From Candidatus Diapherotrites archaeon CG08_land_8_20_14_0_20_30_16 (GTDB lineage Archaea; Iainarchaeota; Iainarchaeia; Iainarchaeales; 0-14-0-20-30-16), in the NCBI GenBank assembly GCA_002779075.1, contig PEXK01000036.1:1-5756 (forward strand): a stretch of DNA of 5,756 nucleotides, given 5' to 3'. The notes below the pieces were generated by a model. That model saw only the letters and a program-made list of their open reading frames with translations. It was not told the origin of the DNA and ran no database searches. Both the position numbers and the translations under genes were made by a program. Positions 5,209 through 5,756 of the stretch are shown here, piece after piece. Position 1 is the first letter of the stretch, and each line of letters begins with the position of its first letter.

Positions 5209-5756
5209 ATGTTAGATAATTTAACCTCAAAAGTATTCAGTGCAATAAAAGAATCAAAAAAAGGAATAATTACATTAGACTTATTAAATAGTTTGAGGTT
5301 GTGTAGCAAAGATACACTGAAAACAATTTTGTCGAGACTTAACAAAGCAAAAAAAATATTAAGGTTAAAACGAGGAATATATGCAATAGTTCCTTTAACT
5401 GACTCTTTTGCATCTGCTCAAGCAATGTACAACGGATATCTTGGATTTACCACTGCATTGTATCTGCACAAATTAATCTCCGAAATTCCTTTTAATATTT
5501 TTGTTGTTACCACCGACGTCTCAAAATCCAAAAAAATTGGAGAATATCTGTTTAAAGCAGTTGCATTGAAAAACAAAGCAATAGGTTTTGAAACAAAAGA
5601 TGATTACGTAATATCTACTAAAGCAAAAACTTTGTTCGATTGTATTCTTTTGCCAAATTACTCCCTAGAAGAGGACAAATTAATAAACACATTTAAAGAG
5701 GTAAGATTGACAAAAAAGGAATGGAAAGAGTTTGATTTTTATGTGCATAGATTTAC
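5209..5756 (+). CDS. AbiEi-like (COG5340-type) winged-helix antitoxin / transcriptional regulator, 5' partial (runs off the window)
   Basis: This ORF is absent from the ORF track because it is open at the window edge. The frame is open from the first ATG after an in-frame stop at 5107-5109: MLDNLTSKVFSAIKESKKGIITLDLLNSLRLCSKDTLKTILSRLNKAKKILRLKRGIYAIVPL...GYLGFTTALYLHKLISEIPFNIFVVTT...VISTKAKTLFDCIL.... It resembles the AbiEi pattern of an N-terminal wHTH ending in L-x-R-G-x-Y, then Y-(I/L)-(S/G)-x-x-(S/T)-A-L, then a (T/S)-x-E/A-K-T-L-x-D-C motif. Confidence 0.6.
   Translation, partial: MLDNLTSKVFSAIKESKKGIITLDLLNSLRLCSKDTLKTILSRLNKAKKILRLKRGIYAIVPLTDSFASAQAMYNGYLGFTTALYLHKLISEIPFNIFVVTTDVSKSKKIGEYLFKAVALKNKAIGFETKDDYVISTKAKTLFDCILLPNYSLEEDKLINTFKEVRLTKKEWKEFDFYVHRF

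Noticed and set aside
5150-5215. Short frame-2 ORF MMQILQKTEKHIINNLFIIVC in the GTPase/AbiEi-like intergenic region
   Set aside because: It is 21 codons long with no recognisable features, and it overlaps the predicted promoter and start of the AbiEi-like gene. It is most likely a chance ORF.

Overview
This is an AT-rich (roughly 70% A+T by eye), tightly packed segment with nine genes or gene remnants and almost no intergenic DNA. The content looks archaeal: a Nog1-type GTPase, an Mth938/DUF498-like protein and a COG2231-type EndoIII-like Fe-S protein. TATA-like elements sit about 25 nt upstream of start codons, and oligo-T tracts follow genes. A small-genome (DPANN-like) archaeon is a plausible source, but that is inference. 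Left to right: an edge region with a perfect 19-bp direct repeat; a DedA/TVP38 membrane protein (-); a compact beta-CASP metallo-beta-lactamase nuclease (+); hicB1-hicA1 (-); the EndoIII-like HhH-GPD protein (-); hicB2 (+) with a nonsense-disrupted hicA2 (+); the Mth938-like protein (-); the Nog1-like GTPase (+); and the 5' part of an AbiEi-like antitoxin/regulator gene running off the right edge. I see no rRNA, tRNA, CRISPR array, transposase or integrase. The most unusual feature is the density and layout of toxin-antitoxin parts. Two diverged hicBA modules in opposite orientation bracket the glycosylase-like gene, one toxin is inactivated by a single in-frame TAA, and a third TA-type gene lies at the edge. 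A second recurring feature is that all three divergent gene pairs are 42-52 nt apart around one central palindrome-containing TATA-like element. I cannot show a wholly new system from sequence alone. The EndoIII-like/hicBA cluster is the best candidate, and its linkage could be coincidental.
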